64,000 nt of DNA, taken from NCBI GenBank assembly GCA_951406725.2, contig OX597826.1:372001-436000 (forward strand), given 5' to 3'. The position numbers and the translations under genes are program-made. Of the stretch, positions 15,626 to 36,681 are shown in pieces. The notes under the pieces were generated by a model, which ran no database searches, was not told where the DNA came from, and saw only the letters and a list, made by a program, of their open reading frames with translations. How positions within the stretch are numbered: the first letter of the stretch is position 1; each line of letters opens with the position of its first letter. Source of the stretch: Octopus vulgaris (lineage: Eukaryota).

Positions 15626-18394
15626 GTAAGTTGTATTAACATCTAAAACTTTTGGAAGAGAATGAGAAACAGAGAGAGAGAGAGAGAGGAGAGAGTATGA
15701 CGATAGTGTTTTACATTTCTTTGTTTATAATTTTAAGTGCAAAGCCCGCAAATTTGAATAAGACGGACTTAGTCGAATCGGTTTTTTTCGATGACGTAAA
15801 AAGATACCTTGATGAATTCTTTGCCATGAAACCACCTCAATTCTGGAAAGAGAATGATTTCAAGTTAAAGGAAAATACGGAGACGCATTGTGCAACAAAA
15901 TAGTTCATATCTGGTTGATTAAAAATTTAATGACAAGTAATTTTTGACCTTTTTCTTTCCTCTAAAAATCTGCACGAACTTTCCGGTCAACCCAATATAT
16001 ATTTACTCGACAATAAACGTGGCGTGCAAAGAAGTTTATTCTATTCTATTTTATTTCGTTTTGTTTATTTACTTATTTATTTATTCATTTTGTAATATAA
16101 CCGAACAATCACTTTATTCTTACTGAACCAGTCATTTCGAAAAGTTTTAATTATTTCTTTACTTTTTTGTTGTTGAAACTATACTATTGCCATTTCCAAC
16201 CGCGTTCGCGATTTTTCACGAGACATGTTTAAAAATTTGCTAAAAGCGATCAGTGAAAATTCCACCGAGGGTGATTTTTACCTTTCATCCTTTCCTGGTT
16301 TATTGACCACTGACGTCGATATAATCGACTTATCCCATCCACTGAAACTGCTGGTTTTGTGCCAAAATCTAAAACTGTTATTAATCTAGTGTGCTGAGTA
16401 TAACAATTAACATGGAATTTCAGTTGAAGGAGTTAATTTTGATTTCTTTTAATCAAGTTTATATCGTAGAACATGGAGTGGTGGCTATGGGTGGGTTGAT
16501 ATCAGAAAGGTTAACAAATTAAAGGGCTCAGTATTAAAAACATTAGCGAGGCGTATCAAAAAGGGTGAAGATGGTGTTGAAATCCAACCTGAATGTCAAG
16601 AATTTGATTACTGCAATGAATATCTGGGCAGTTGCGGCGATCAGATATAGTGCGTCCATCCTAAAATGGACAAAGGAGGATATATGAACACTGCATAGAA
16701 GGACGAGAAAATTCATGACGCCGCATGGGGCGCTACTCTCTAAACCAAACGTAATACCTGTCATACCGTCTGCTCAATGCCTGTCATACCGTCTATCATT
16801 TTTGTAATAGACTTTTGAGGTCCTTCAACTTTCATGATACTTTGTTTCGTGTGGGGAGACCACAGTAGACAACAGTATTCAGGCTGAGGTCGGGCAAAAG
16901 TGGAGAAGAGAAGGATAATGGTGTGGATATCTCATGACTGGAAAGTTATGAGAATCCAGAAACACATTCCGAAGGCCATGTCAACTTTGCTGTTTATATG
17001 AGAGGCCCAGCTTATGCTGTTGTCCACAATTACTCCCAATATTCTGATGTTGTTGGATGGCACGAGAGTTTCACCTGAAGGAAGAGAGTATGAGAGTTTC
17101 AAAGTGTCTTCTTTTCCGAAGTGGGTTCATTAAAAGTTTGTCCTCGTTCAGCAGCATATTATTCTTTTCCGCTCATTGGATGACAGCGTATAGATCTGAC
17201 TGAATGTATGTCCGGTCACCAATTTCATTGATGACCTTCTGGATCTTGGAATTGTCTGCATAGATTCTTTACTCCTTCGACTACAACGTGTTGGGTTCTG
17301 TCTGTGAGGAAACACTTGATCCGTTGTAGTAATCCAATGCTGAAATCAAGGTATTCAAGCCCTCTCCCGAAGCTCTCAAGATGTCATCAAAGTGATGCAG
17401 GAGCTGTATTAGGCAGTTCCTTCCAATACAGAACCCGTGTTGGTTTGGGTTCAGCTGTCTGTTGCTTTCAAGAAAGTGGGTTGTTCGTGATCTCACCACT
17501 CTCTCAGATACCTTGATAATATGAGATGAGTGCGGTCGGACGATAGTTCACTGCAAGGGACTTGTTTCCCGTTTTGAAAATCGGGACTACAGACTGGGAC
17601 AAAACCGGTACAGTCTATATACGAATGTAATACGTATGTATGTGTAGGGACAAAAATTCAAAATCAAATAGAGACAAAAATTCAAAATCAAATCTAAATT
17701 TGCTTGTGCTTCAGAAAACCTAATGTATGTCATAAGGTGCTCGGGCTGCCACCAAAACTACATGGAGCCCACAGGATTATCGTTCAGACAACAGATTGCA
17801 TCCCCAGAATACAGAATGATACCCTTTGGTGAACACATTGAGAAATGCGCAAAGCCACTACTACCACAATTTATAATCTTTCAAATTATATCAAGGTGCT
17901 GCTGGAACACCAACACATGTTATATACAAACCAAACCTTAATCATTTCTAACATGTTTAAATAAGGAAACTCACCTCATTGAAAACAATATAAAGCAAAA
18001 TCTAACAACATTCTATTCTTTCTAAACTAAAGCATGTTTAACTAGTCATTCCCAACATGTTTGATTATCTCCCCGTATACCGGAAAAATCCCTGATTACC
18101 TTCTCTTTCCCGGAACTCCTTATTTCACAGCATAGTGAAGACACGATGTAGGTAAAGAAATTTCGGAAATTAGAAAAGAAAACACGAAACCGGTTATTTC
18201 TTCAAAATCTGTTACGATACACAAAATTTTATAACATTTTCCTAACACAACGACTTAAATACATTCTTTAACCATATAACACAAGCCTTCTGTAGTTTTT
18301 TCACTCTTTTTTAATTTTATATATATTTATAAATATATATATATGTGTGTACGCGTATATATATGTATGTATATGTACATATAAATGTATATAT

Positions 18395-18428
<34 letters not shown>

Positions 18429-18546
18429 GTATACTTGTATATCTATATATATGCATGTATATATATATGCATATATATGTATGTATATATATATATATAT
18501 ACATATATATTGTACATTTATCAATATATATATGCATATATATGAA

Positions 18547-18589
<43 letters not shown>

Positions 18590-18606
18590 CATATATATAT
18601 ACACAT

Positions 18607-18678
<72 letters not shown>

Positions 18679-18689
18679 AGTATATATAA

Positions 18690-19368
18690 AACTTAGATTT
18701 AGATAAACTTAGATATGTTTCGACCAAAGATTGGTCCAGGCCATGTCTAACTTAATAGCACCACCTGATAGGATTATTCGAATCCTGTTTAAGTCAAGTT
18801 TTGTTCAAGTAGTGAGTTCTTGTTCGGTGAGTTGTATCCAGATTTGTTCAAGTAGTGAGTTCTTGTTGGGTGAGTTGTATTCGATTATGGATGGCTTATC
18901 TGGTATTCTTTGAAGGAATCTATCCAGACTCCGTTTAAAGTTGATGGGATCCTTTTCCTCTTTGATCTCCCTCGGGACAATGTTAAATAGGGCAGGGCCT
19001 GTTGAGGAAAAGAAATTATGTTGCAGTGTACATGTATGTTGTGATCTTGAATTGGGCAGGGGGCGTATGGCCCGTGGTCCCAGTCTTGGATGAACCTTGA
19101 AGCTAATGTTTAGGTCGTTTGGGCAAAGTTGGCGGTATATTTTCCACATCGTACAAATGATGTACCGCTCACGGTGACGCTGGACGGAGTAAAGTTTCAA
19201 GACTTTAAGACGATCCCAATAATCGAGAACAGCCATGCCTTCAATTCGTTTAGTGAGTGCTCTCTGGGGTGACTCAATTCTGGAGATGTTTTGTCTTGTG
19301 TGAGGAGACCACAGTGGGCAGCAGTATTCAAGGTGTGGCCGTACAAAGGAGGAAAAAAGTGGTATGAC
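18690..19368 (-). mobile_element. CR1-like LINE 3' fragment, present only in unit A
   Basis: [15 protein letters not shown]...GPALFNIVP...LDRFL C-terminus, 3' hairpin and short repeat tail; sits in (TA)n. Confidence 0.85.
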
Positions 19369-19417
19369 ATACATTATATATATATAATATATAAATATAT
19401 ATATATATATAATATAA

Positions 19418-19530
<113 letters not shown>

Positions 19531-19557
19531 TATATATATATATATATATATATATAA

Positions 19558-19602
<45 letters not shown>

Positions 19603-19609
<7 letters not shown>

Positions 19610-20275
19610 AATGTAGGATAAAATTATTTCGAGAAAAATTTTATCAATGGCCAGCATATTAAAAAATACCTTTAAAGGTTAAATAATAAACAACTTATAA
19701 ATAAGGGCAAATGAAAAAATTTCTAATGCCAAATATGCCGAAAATTGGACATATTGTCCATTTACCATATAAATTTTTTCCCAGTACGCACGCTACCCGA
19801 AAAAAGGTCGACAGAAATCTCTAAAAAATTCCATTATTACCATATCGGACCGATTTCAGTGTTAGTTCAAAAAGAACCCTCCCTTCGTCAGTGATACATG
19901 TGGCAAAGAAGTAAATGAGATCCTTACTCATACCCATGGAAGAAGTAAGCACTAAGTCATGAGCACAACTAAGTACCCCAAATAAATCCAAAATAGAAAT
20001 ACTCCAGCCCATTCAAGACACGTGCGATTTGAACTGAGGCACTCACAGAGTGGGTGAGTCCGGAAGTGAACACTATTAAATTTATATCTAATGTAGGATA
20101 AAATTTTTTGGAAAAATTTTTTATCAATGGCCAGCATATTAAAAAATACCTTTAAAGGTTAAATTATAAACAACTTATAAAGGGTAAACGAAAAATTTTC
20201 TATTGCCAAATATGCAGAAAATTGTACATATTGTTCATTTACCATATAATTTTTTTCCCAGTACGCACGCTACTA
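19603..20275 (-). mobile_element. Small non-coding element with about 190-bp direct terminal repeats and an internal hammerhead (PLE-derived or retrozyme-like)
   Basis: 19603..19796 is repeated at 20083..20274; flanked by (TA)n; absent from paralogous unit B. Confidence 0.6.
19842..19897 (-). ncRNA. Decayed hammerhead motif
   Basis: GTATCA-CTGACGA-(imperfect stem II with GTTC/GAAC)-GAAA-TCGG-TC-CGATAT; canonical core with mismatched stems. Confidence 0.55.
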
Positions 20276-20278
20276 TAT

Positions 20279-20456
<178 letters not shown>

Positions 20457-21562
20457 AACATACATAGGCGCATGGCTGAGAGTCTAGAGCGTCGAGCTTA
20501 CGATCGTGAGTTTGTGAGTTCGAATCACAGACCTGGCTGCGTGTTGCGTTCTTGAACATGACACTTTTTTTCAGACTGCTCCAGTTCACTCAGCTGTAGA
20601 AATGAGTTGCGACGTCACTGGGGCGAAGCTGTATCGGTGTTTCCCTTTCCCTTTCGATAACAATATATATATATAATATATTTACATATAAAGATGGAGA
20701 GAAAGAAAACATTGAATATTTACATATATATATATGTGTGTCTAACTACATAGGAATGGCTGTGTGGTAATTTTTGCTGCTATTTTTGTGCTGCAAGGGA
20801 TTTTTAACTGTGCGACAAAGGATTACCATAGGTGCAGGCGTAGCTGTGCGATAAGAATCTTGCTTCCCAACAACATGGTTCCAGACTCAGTCCCCCTGCG
20901 TGGAATCTTCAGGAGGTGTCCTCAACTATGGCCTCGGTCCAACCAGAGCCTTCTGAGTGGATTTGATAGACGGAAACTGAAAGAAGTCCGTGTCTAACTA
21001 CATAGGAATGGCTGTGTGGTAAGTAGCTTGCTTACTTCACAACAGAAGAGTTCGCGTTTTTATACGCTCCGAAGTCACGTCCTTCGACGTAGAAATATTG
21101 AAAAACTGAAGCACGACTACAGGTAAGGCGTTTGTTTTTTGGTGGGGAAGGAGTCTGTTGGTTCTTAATTGGATGCAAAACACTTTCATTAAGTTTGTCG
21201 TAAACGTCTATGTTTGTTTTCAGTTAACCTTTGCTTCATAAGTTCTGAGTTTAGTTAAACTTTGCTTCATACGCTCTGAGTATTTCCTTTCATAAATCCC
21301 AAGCAACTTTGGAGGTTGAAAGACACATTGGGAATGTGTATCAGATGATGCATGAGCGCAAGGGAAATAGGTTCTGTTTGCCCAAGGCATTATCATTCAA
21401 AAATTTGAATGGGCTTTTGCCATGCGCAGTAGGGAGTGTGATGGTAAGTGAAAAGAGGGATAATATCCGACAAGTTTCAGTTTATTTAGATATCACCAGC
21501 TGAATATATTTTTACTAGCACATCTAGACCAAATATGTAGGTTTTAAAGTGCTTAATGGTGG

Positions 21563-21656
<94 letters not shown>

Positions 21657-21689
21657 CAATGTTTTCTTTCTTTCCATCTTCATATGTAA

Positions 21690-21811
<122 letters not shown>

Positions 21812-21928
21812 CACACATATATATATATGTTTTTGTGTGTGTGTGTATGTATATATGTATATATATATATATACAGACACATACATGTATGCAGACACAC
21901 ACATATATATGTGTGTGTGTGTGTATTA

Positions 21929-21964
<36 letters not shown>

Positions 21965-22667
21965 TGTATCTACATATGTGAGCAATTCTCTCTGCGGGTG
22001 TGTTTGCGGTGTCGTTAGCTAACTCCTCCTACATCGTTTTATCGATTTTGATTAAACTTAATACGTGAATAGAACTCATGACTGGAACCCTTTAACAGCT
22101 TACACTTATGGAACAGAATCATGGGATAAGTCCAGTTTTTCCCGGAATTACCGGATACGTCAGTTATTATATATATGTATGTATGGAAATGATCCTTATA
22201 TCTACTACATATAATTAATGTTGTTTAAATGCTCAGAGGAAATAACCCATAGCACCATTACTTATAATTGTCAGTTTTTAACGAAGCGTTCAATATTTAT
22301 TTCTCACGATCAGGCGACCTAATTCAATATTTCGCTACTCACACTTTTTAATTGCTAAACCTGATTATTGCACTTTCATGATTTGAATCTTAAACCTTAA
22401 AGATTTCATTCATACATTTATATACATACATTCTTTTTTGACTGCTCATAACTCCGATAATTCTGCATTTCTCCAGTTATATCTTTTCGATGTCAGTAGA
22501 TAAATTTTTAATTCCAGAACGTATATGTAGTAGCTTCATGCAGCCATAGTGTGAATTCGATCCCCGATCGACAAATTTCACTTAGTTCAACAGCACTATT
22601 CTTACGGTAAAACAAGTCTTTCTGTGAATGACAGCAGTTACATTTGCCAGATGCCTTCGCTAAGCAG

Positions 22668-24760
22668 AATAATGTACAAGGCATTTACTGCAGTGATATC
22701 GCAAAGGTTGAACAAGCACCTGGACGAAATCAACCTGTTTCCAGAAGAGCAGAAAGGATGCCGCAAAGGCTCATATGGCTGTAAACATCAACTAATGATT
22801 AATAAAGCCATAACTGAAGACAGCCACAGAAGGAAGAAAGGCCTCAGTATGGCCTGGATCGACTACAAAAAGGCGTTTGATAGCATCCCCCACACATGGA
22901 TCCTCGAAACACTAGCCATTAACAAAGTAGCACCAACAATTATAAAATTTATAGGGCACTCTATGAATAAATGGCAAACAGTGCTACAGCTACAAACAAA
23001 AGAGGGACTCATGAAAACCAAAGACATCCCCATTATAAGAGGAATATTCCAGGGAGACACGCTCTCTCCACTCCTTTTCTGCTTGGCACTGTCACTTCTA
23101 TCTGATATGCTAAATAGAACTGGATGCGGATATAAATGTTACGGCAAAACGATCAGCCACCTTTTATATATGGATGACCTAAAACTATACACTTCAAATG
23201 ACAAACAGCTGGAAACACTATTAAAGACAGTTCATGGATTTACCAAAGAAATAGATATGAAATTTAGATTAGAAAAATGCGCCAAAGTAACCATGAAAAG
23301 AGGAAAACTAGTTAAGAGTAGCAACATCACACTAGATAAAAGCAATGAAATAAAAGAATTAGACCAAAGCCAAACTTACAAATACTTAGGAATCCATGAA
23401 CTAGATAAGACACAGCATACACAAATGAAAGAGAAAATAAAGAAAGAATATTATAGACGAGTTAGATCAATACTAAAAACAGAGCTCAATGCTAAAAACA
23501 AGATAATAGGTATTAACACTTTAGCTGTCTCAGTTATAAGTTACAGCTACAATATCCTTAACTGAACACTAAATGAACTGACCAAAATAGATAGGAAAAC
23601 ATGAAAAATAATGACAGGATCTAGGATGCATCACCCAAAATCTGACATAGAAAGACTATATATACAACGTATAGAAGGTGGTAGAGGTCTTATACAGCTG
23701 GAAAACTACTATAAAATAACCACCATAGGACTGCAAAAATATCTACTTCAGAAGGAAGGAAAGCTGATACGAATAGCGGCAAAACACGAGCAAAACAAAA
23801 TACTGTTCTCAGTATTTAAGGAAGCTGACAAATACAGACAAGAAATCATACTATCTAATAAATATGAAGAAGAAGAAGAAGATGAAGAAACAACAAAAGC
23901 TATAAAACAAATGAAATCCAAACTAAAAATAGAACAGCAACGAACCATGATAAAACGATGGCAAGAAAAGCCCCTTCATGGTAAATACTGGACTAAACTA
24001 AACGCAAAAGAAATAGACAAAGAAAAATCCCAGCAATGGTTGAGATGCTCAGGACTCAAAGCAGAAATTACCAAAAACATATAATGAAAAGAAATATAAC
24101 AAGTAACTGCAGAATATGTGGAGATGGACAAGAAACAATAAATTATATTATCTCTGGCTGCCCAGTCCTGGCTAAGAAGGAATATATTCACAGACATGAC
24201 GGAGTTGGAACCTACATACACTGGAAGCTATGCCAACATTATGGAATAACAACAGAAAAAAGATGGTATAGGCACACACCAGAAAAGGTCACAGAAAACG
24301 AGAAAGCAACCATACTCTGGGATATGCCGATACACACAGATAGAGAAATTAAGACCAACAGACCAGATATGGTTGTCAGAGATCATGAAGAAAAAAATGC
24401 TTTCTAATTGATGTATCAATACCAGCAGATGACAACGTGTCTCTAAAAGAAATGGAGAAACTTTCAAAATACAAAGACCTGGAAATAGAGGTAACTAGAA
24501 TGTGGAATCTGAAAACAGAAACAATTCCTATCATAGTAGGTGCATTAGGCTTGATAAAAAATATTCAGACAAATACATAACAAAAATACCAGGACTTACA
24601 AACACATATAACATACAGAAAATTGCACTACTAGGCACTGCACACATCCTACGCAGAACACTTTCCATACAATAACCATCAGAGCATCACAACAAATCAC
24701 AGCACATACCCAAGGTACACAGAGCTGTGCTCGGTAGTGAAGTGAAAGCACGATATAAAA
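22668..24760 (+). mobile_element. R4/Dong-type RLE LINE family 1, 5'-truncated and disrupted
   Basis: RT motifs DYKKAFDS, GIFQGD, YMDD plus the RLE C-terminus; stops and a deletion; same family as 1..1480. Confidence 0.9.
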
Positions 24761-26483
24761 AAAATACATTCTTACATGCACTAATCTTGAGAAATCATGG
24801 TTCTGAAAATCAGAAAGGAGAAACCCAATTAGAAGACTACAGTTATATGCCACCAATGGAACTGTCAAATGATGTAAAAAAATTCCCAAAGTACATATGC
24901 ACTTATATAGACACGCGAATATACGTATGAGCATACATTCAGAAAACGAAACACACGCCTTTACATGCATTCACTTCAAATATTTGCACATATTCACGCA
25001 TACATGCAAAAACTATATTCTCGGTATTGTTGAAATTCTAAGGAAGCCTTGTATCTTGAGTAGAAATCGGGCCTTTCTCAATTGGCAAGAAATATAGACA
25101 TAAAACTAAATAATAACATACATACATACATATATACATATGCAAAACACAGTAGAACTGGCACGAAGCGCAGCCTCTCTTGGACACAAGGCCACTACAT
25201 CACATCACACTTTGAAGGTTATGTGTTTGCAATCCAGGAACAGGAGATTCCCACAAAGTACCTGCTGGACAAGCGGGACAGTGATGCTATTGTAATCTCA
25301 AGGCGCAAAATAGAAAACAATACGTTTGAACCAGTGGACAGCTCTCTGATATATGTAGCTGTTGGCGGCATCACGTAGACGAGGGACTGGAAGGCGGCAG
25401 GTAAACGGCCGCGTGCATGCGCCGGCGGTAACGACCTGGCCCTTGCGGCACGGTCGGCGGGACAGCCGCCAGGCTAGCATCATCGGCGGCGCTAAAGACC
25501 ATGCGCACCAGTTTCAGAACGTGCATTCGTTCGGTATGCACGAACAGATGCACGAAAGCGCGGCGTAGGGCGAGGAGCCATCAGCGTTATGCACACAAGG
25601 GAGATGAGATAAGTGACTACCTACATCAGCTTCCTATTGTTTCCATGCTATAGACGTCGTCATGGCAATCGTTATGTAAAAACTAACGCTTCCTTTTTCC
25701 GATCTGAGATTCGAAAGCGAATCTCAGGATTCTCGCTCATCTGGTCCAGCATTGGTGAAAGAGGAGGCGTTAGAGAAATTTCATAGTCCTGACAAAAGAT
25801 AATACATGAACTTTCATTTCGAACTTTGGCACTAGCTATTTCACACCAGTTGACCTAAATTACTCCTGATGACCATCATGACCACATACGCACACTCATA
25901 TATATACATATATATACATATATACGACGGGCTTCTTTCAGTTTCCGTCTACCAAATCCACTCACAAGGCTTTGGTCGGCCCGAGGCTATAGTAAAAGAC
26001 AGTTGCCCAAGGTTCCACGCAGTGTGACTGAACACGGAACCGTGTGTTTCGTAAGCAAGCTACTTACCACAAAACCAATCTTATGACTATAGCAAACTAA
26101 TAATGTTTAAAATCAATTAATTGAATTCCACGTTAGCCATACGAAGTATTGGCTATAAAACAGGACTTGGTCATTTGACTATAAAACAGGACTTTTTCCA
26201 CGAGACACTTATATTGTGAGATGGCACGCCACTTCATTCACTACTGAAATTTGCTAACGCGACTTTCCAGCTGTTTCGGTGTCCTATTTCCGGCATATTG
26301 TTCCGGAACCCAAACAGATGGGTGCGAAATGCTGGTGGCATTCAGATGCCCACTGATGATACGGTATAGAAACGTATTTAGTAGAAGAATTCGCAGAAAC
26401 TCTGAATAGCTGCAACAGTTTCCATATAGTGCAATGCAACTCCGATATTTACTTCACCTTCGTTTAATTTAAACTACCACTAC
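23332..26483 (+). repeat. Segmental duplication paralogous to 1..3878 (and 24765..25105 paralogous to about 62279..62624)
   Basis: Near-identical Dong LINE, downstream flank, CpG-rich block and SINE; homology ends at accactac. Confidence 0.9.
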
Positions 26484-29108
26484 TTGGTCGTTTGCTGCCT
26501 TTAATTGTGTCCACACTATGAAAAAGCATTCAAACCAAGGATAACATCCATTCTTCCTCTCTTTCGTCAATCTTAGAAGCCCTGCAATGAGTTATAAACG
26601 CTGTTCTTTCTTTCTTGTATCCTTAAGTAATATCAAAGAAATATCTCAATCCATTTTGAGCAGAAACTGTAGATTGCTATGAAGCAATCTTCACAGCAAC
26701 TTAATGGGTTCTATTGACGTTAGAATGCTTTCAGTGTTTGTAAACCTAAGTGGAGTCATTTCTAATTCAAACATGAGACCTAATATTTTTTTAGATACGT
26801 AGCGAAGTTTTGCTTTTCAATAATGCTAATTTGAAAACGTTAATTATATAGGCGTTGGCGATGGCCGTGTTGGTAAGGAGCCTGCTTCCCAACAATGTGG
26901 CCTTAGGTTCAATCCCACTGCGCAGCACTTCGGGTAAGAGTCTTCTACAATAGCTCTGCATCAACGAAAGCCTTGGGGGTGGATATGGTAGAGGGAAACT
27001 GGAAGAATTTTGTTCTTTATATATATATATGTATGTGTGTGTGTGTGTGTGTCTGTGTGTGTGTGTGTGGGTGGGTGGGTGGGTGTGTGTGGGTGTGTGT
27101 GTCTATGTGTTTATCGCTCTGTTTGTCCCCCACCCCTACTTGACAGCCAGTATTGGTTTGTTTACGTTCCTGAAACTTTCTTATTGATTACAAATTTTGG
27201 CTCAAGGCCAACAAATTCAGTGATGAGTTAAGTTGATAACATTGATCACAGGACTCAGTCGGTTCCTAATTTATTGACCACACACGAAAAGATGAGAAGC
27301 AAAATTGACTTCGGTGGAATTTAAGCACTGACCCTAAAATCGGACGAAATGTTACAAGGCTTTTTTTTTCTTTGTTTGCCGATATGCTAGCGATCCTTAT
27401 TTCTTTATTGTCCACAAGAGGCTATACGTAGAGGAGACAAACAAGTACAGACAAACGGATTAAATCGGTTACATCGACCCCAGTGCGTAACTGGTACTTA
27501 TTTAATCGACCCCGAAAGGATGAAAGGCAAAGTCGACCTCGGTGGAATTTGAACTCAGAACGCTGCGGCAGACGAATACCTATTTCTTTACTACCCACAA
27601 GAGGCAAAACACAGAGAGGACAAACAAGGACAGACAAACGGATTAAGGTGATTATATCGACTCCAGTGCGTAACTGGTACTTAATTTATCGACCCCGAAA
27701 GGATGAAAGGCAAAGTCAACCTCGGCGGAATTTGAACTCACAACGTAACGGCAGAAGAAATACCGCTAAGCATTTCGCCCGGCGTGCTAACGCTTCAGCC
27801 AGCTTGCGCCCTTTAAAGATATTCCTTATATTAGACACTTAGGGGGAAATATTTCATCGTGTGCAATTAGTGTGATAAACAGATAACATACATTCAATGG
27901 ATGTCATACATAGACTGCATTCTTTCGCTAACTAAGTCTTCTACTACTACAGGAATATTCAATAAATGGATTTTATGAAAATATGGAAATACCATATACC
28001 ATTCACTTCATAGTAAAAAGACCTCTCATGATAACGAATAAAACAAAACTAGTATACAACCCTGCAGCGGTTCTCCCCGTTAGAGAAAATATTCACCCTC
28101 TGTCATTTCATAGTAATTTCTTTCCTCCCTCCCTCTCTGTGTCCGTAATCCAAAGTAAGAAGCAACAGTTGTAGATCCCAGTCAAGTAACCGCGTGTAGA
28201 ATGCATTTCTTTCCCTTATACCAGCGATAACCGTTAGTAGTTAATAATAAATCTTGTTAACGTTAGATGTAGCAAAATTCATGCCTTTCCCAGACATACG
28301 CGTGGCGTCAGTAAAAAAACAAACCGAAAAGGCACAATTAAAAATATAGAAAACTACCTTAATGTGACCCGCTCTACGCGCGGGCGAGGGTGTGGTTGTT
28401 ACTTTTTGTTGCTTCCTTTCAATTTTTCATCGCCACATACTCCATCTTTTTTTCTCTCTCCTTTCTCTCACTTTCCCACTCTCTTACTCTTCCTTTCTCT
28501 CGGACTCTCTCTCGCATTCTCTTACTCTCTATCTTTCACTATCTATCTATCTCCCATTTATAAAAAATTAGATTTCCGCGCTCAAATTACAAATCCGCTT
28601 CCACTTTACCATGTTTAAAATTTGATTGAAATCGGGCAAAAGGTTTCGAATCTAGACCCCCAATATCATTAAAATCCCCGTTTTCACAGCAAAGCAGCCA
28701 CTGTAGCGCCCCAAAACGTCTCCCAATCAGTTTCTCACCTCAAGTTACCCCCTCCTGTAAATTTTAATCCACTTCCAGCCCCACCAAAAATCCAATTTGT
28801 ATCAACGTTCGCCTTCTTCATTTTATAGAACAGACAGATATACCCGGCCTTGCTCGGGATTAAAATAGTTATTATTGTTTTACTTGTTACGATATAATAA
28901 TCCTATTTTATTTGGATCTACGCGGGCCACATTTTAAAAGATGAGGAATTTTGCCCTAGAGGCCATGCCTTTCAATTGAGCAAACTCAAAGTTGTCATGC
29001 AAACTCGCTTGCACTTTTAACATAGGTGTGCATATCTTCAGCTCAATCCGACCACATATGCACACATTATAAATATATATATATATATATATGCATTATA
29101 TATATATG

Positions 29109-35172
<6,064 letters not shown>

Positions 35173-35175
35173 TTG

Positions 35176-35287
<112 letters not shown>

Positions 35288-35664
35288 ATATATATACATA
35301 TATATATATATATATGTATACACATTATATTTATATTTATATACACACACAAATATATAGATTAACACAATATATCTGATTAATAAAATCGTTTATGCTT
35401 GTGCGATGGTGGTGGGCAATAATAATTTACCGTTCGAAAAAACCTGTGGCGGAAATATTTAAACTTTTGCGGCTGTCAACGCTTTCTCTCTATAGATACA
35501 GACAGACGTACAGTGAGAGAGGTGGTGAAGGAAAGAGTGACAGAGAGACGGCGAAGCTGTCAAACGTCGTTATAGAGCGAAAGGGGAGGGAAGGAACTTT
35601 ATAAATAGAGATTACGTTGCTGTCGAAAACCAGAGCCTTACCACGTATTTTTTTTTGCAGTACT

Positions 35665-35720
35665 ACTGTCGTTATTGCTGCTGCTGCTGCTGGAAGGAGA
35701 CATTGTTGTTGTTGTTGCTG

Positions 35721-35758
<38 letters not shown>

Positions 35759-35870
35759 GGTGGTGGTGGTGGTTTTGGTGGTTGGTGGTGGTGGGAGTGG
35801 TGGCGATGATGACGATAATGAAGATGACGATTTTGATTACGACGACGATGATAGTGATGTTGTTGAACAA
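35665..35870 (+). repeat. Compound trinucleotide microsatellite (TGC/TGT/TGG/GAT)
   Basis: Read directly from the sequence. Confidence 0.9.
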
Positions 35871-36681
35871 AATGTACGACGAAGAGCGCTCCAGCCATAA
35901 CCACTCTGTTTGCTTCTTCGAAATGATCTACTTAGGGCTACATTATCCAACGTGCTCTCCCCTTCTGAAAAGTCGAACAACCACATACAGATTCATGCTT
36001 CTTGATTCAAGCAGTAAAGTATGGAAAAGTGTACAGTCTTGCGATGTAGTGGAGGTGCAATGGCCCAGTGGTTAGGGCAGCGAACTCGCGGTCATAGAAA
36101 TCGCGGTTTCGATTCCTAGACCGGGCGTTGTGAGTGTTTATTGAGCGAAAACTCCTACAGCTCCACGAGGCACCGGCAGGGGATGGTGGCGAACCCGGCT
36201 GTACTCTTTCAACATAACTTTCTCTCACTCTTACTTCCTGTTTCTGTTGAGCCTGTAATTCAAAGGGCCAGCCTTGTCACACTGTGTCACGCTAAATATC
36301 CCCGAGAACTACGTTAAGGGTACACGTGTATCTGGAGTGCTCAACCACTTGCACGTTAATTTCACGAGTAGGCTGTTCCGTTGTAACCCTCGTCGTCGTA
36401 AGCGACGGAGTGCCAACAATAAACTGTGCGATGTAGTGTCAGTTAATGCTGATCAGTTCCAGAACCTATAGTCAAAGACACTCTTGCCATAAACATCCGT
36501 TTTAGTCACCCTTCCGCTTTACTTATGATACTAAGGGGAAATATGAGATAAATTCTGATCAAAAATAGTCATCAGTAAAGGCAATTCAAACGTGACTATC
36601 AATGCTTCTAAAGTAATTTATCCGGATCTAGATTATCCTTTTTTTTCTAAAAAAAACAGTAGTGTAATTTTTTTTTTAAAT

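Noticed and set aside
18130-18200. GTGAAGA...CGAAACCGGTTA after the GIY-YIG relic (also near 48505..48575)
   Set aside because: Possibly a ruined PLE hammerhead, but the core and stem II are too degenerate to call.
35617-36075. Poly-Cys/Trp or poly-Pro/Thr ORFs
   Set aside because: Compound trinucleotide repeat running into a SINE; no supported splice structure.
36051-36125. tRNA-like sequences (also 20467, 49069, 50198)
   Set aside because: SINE heads with A/B boxes continuing into SINE bodies; no complete cloverleaf.
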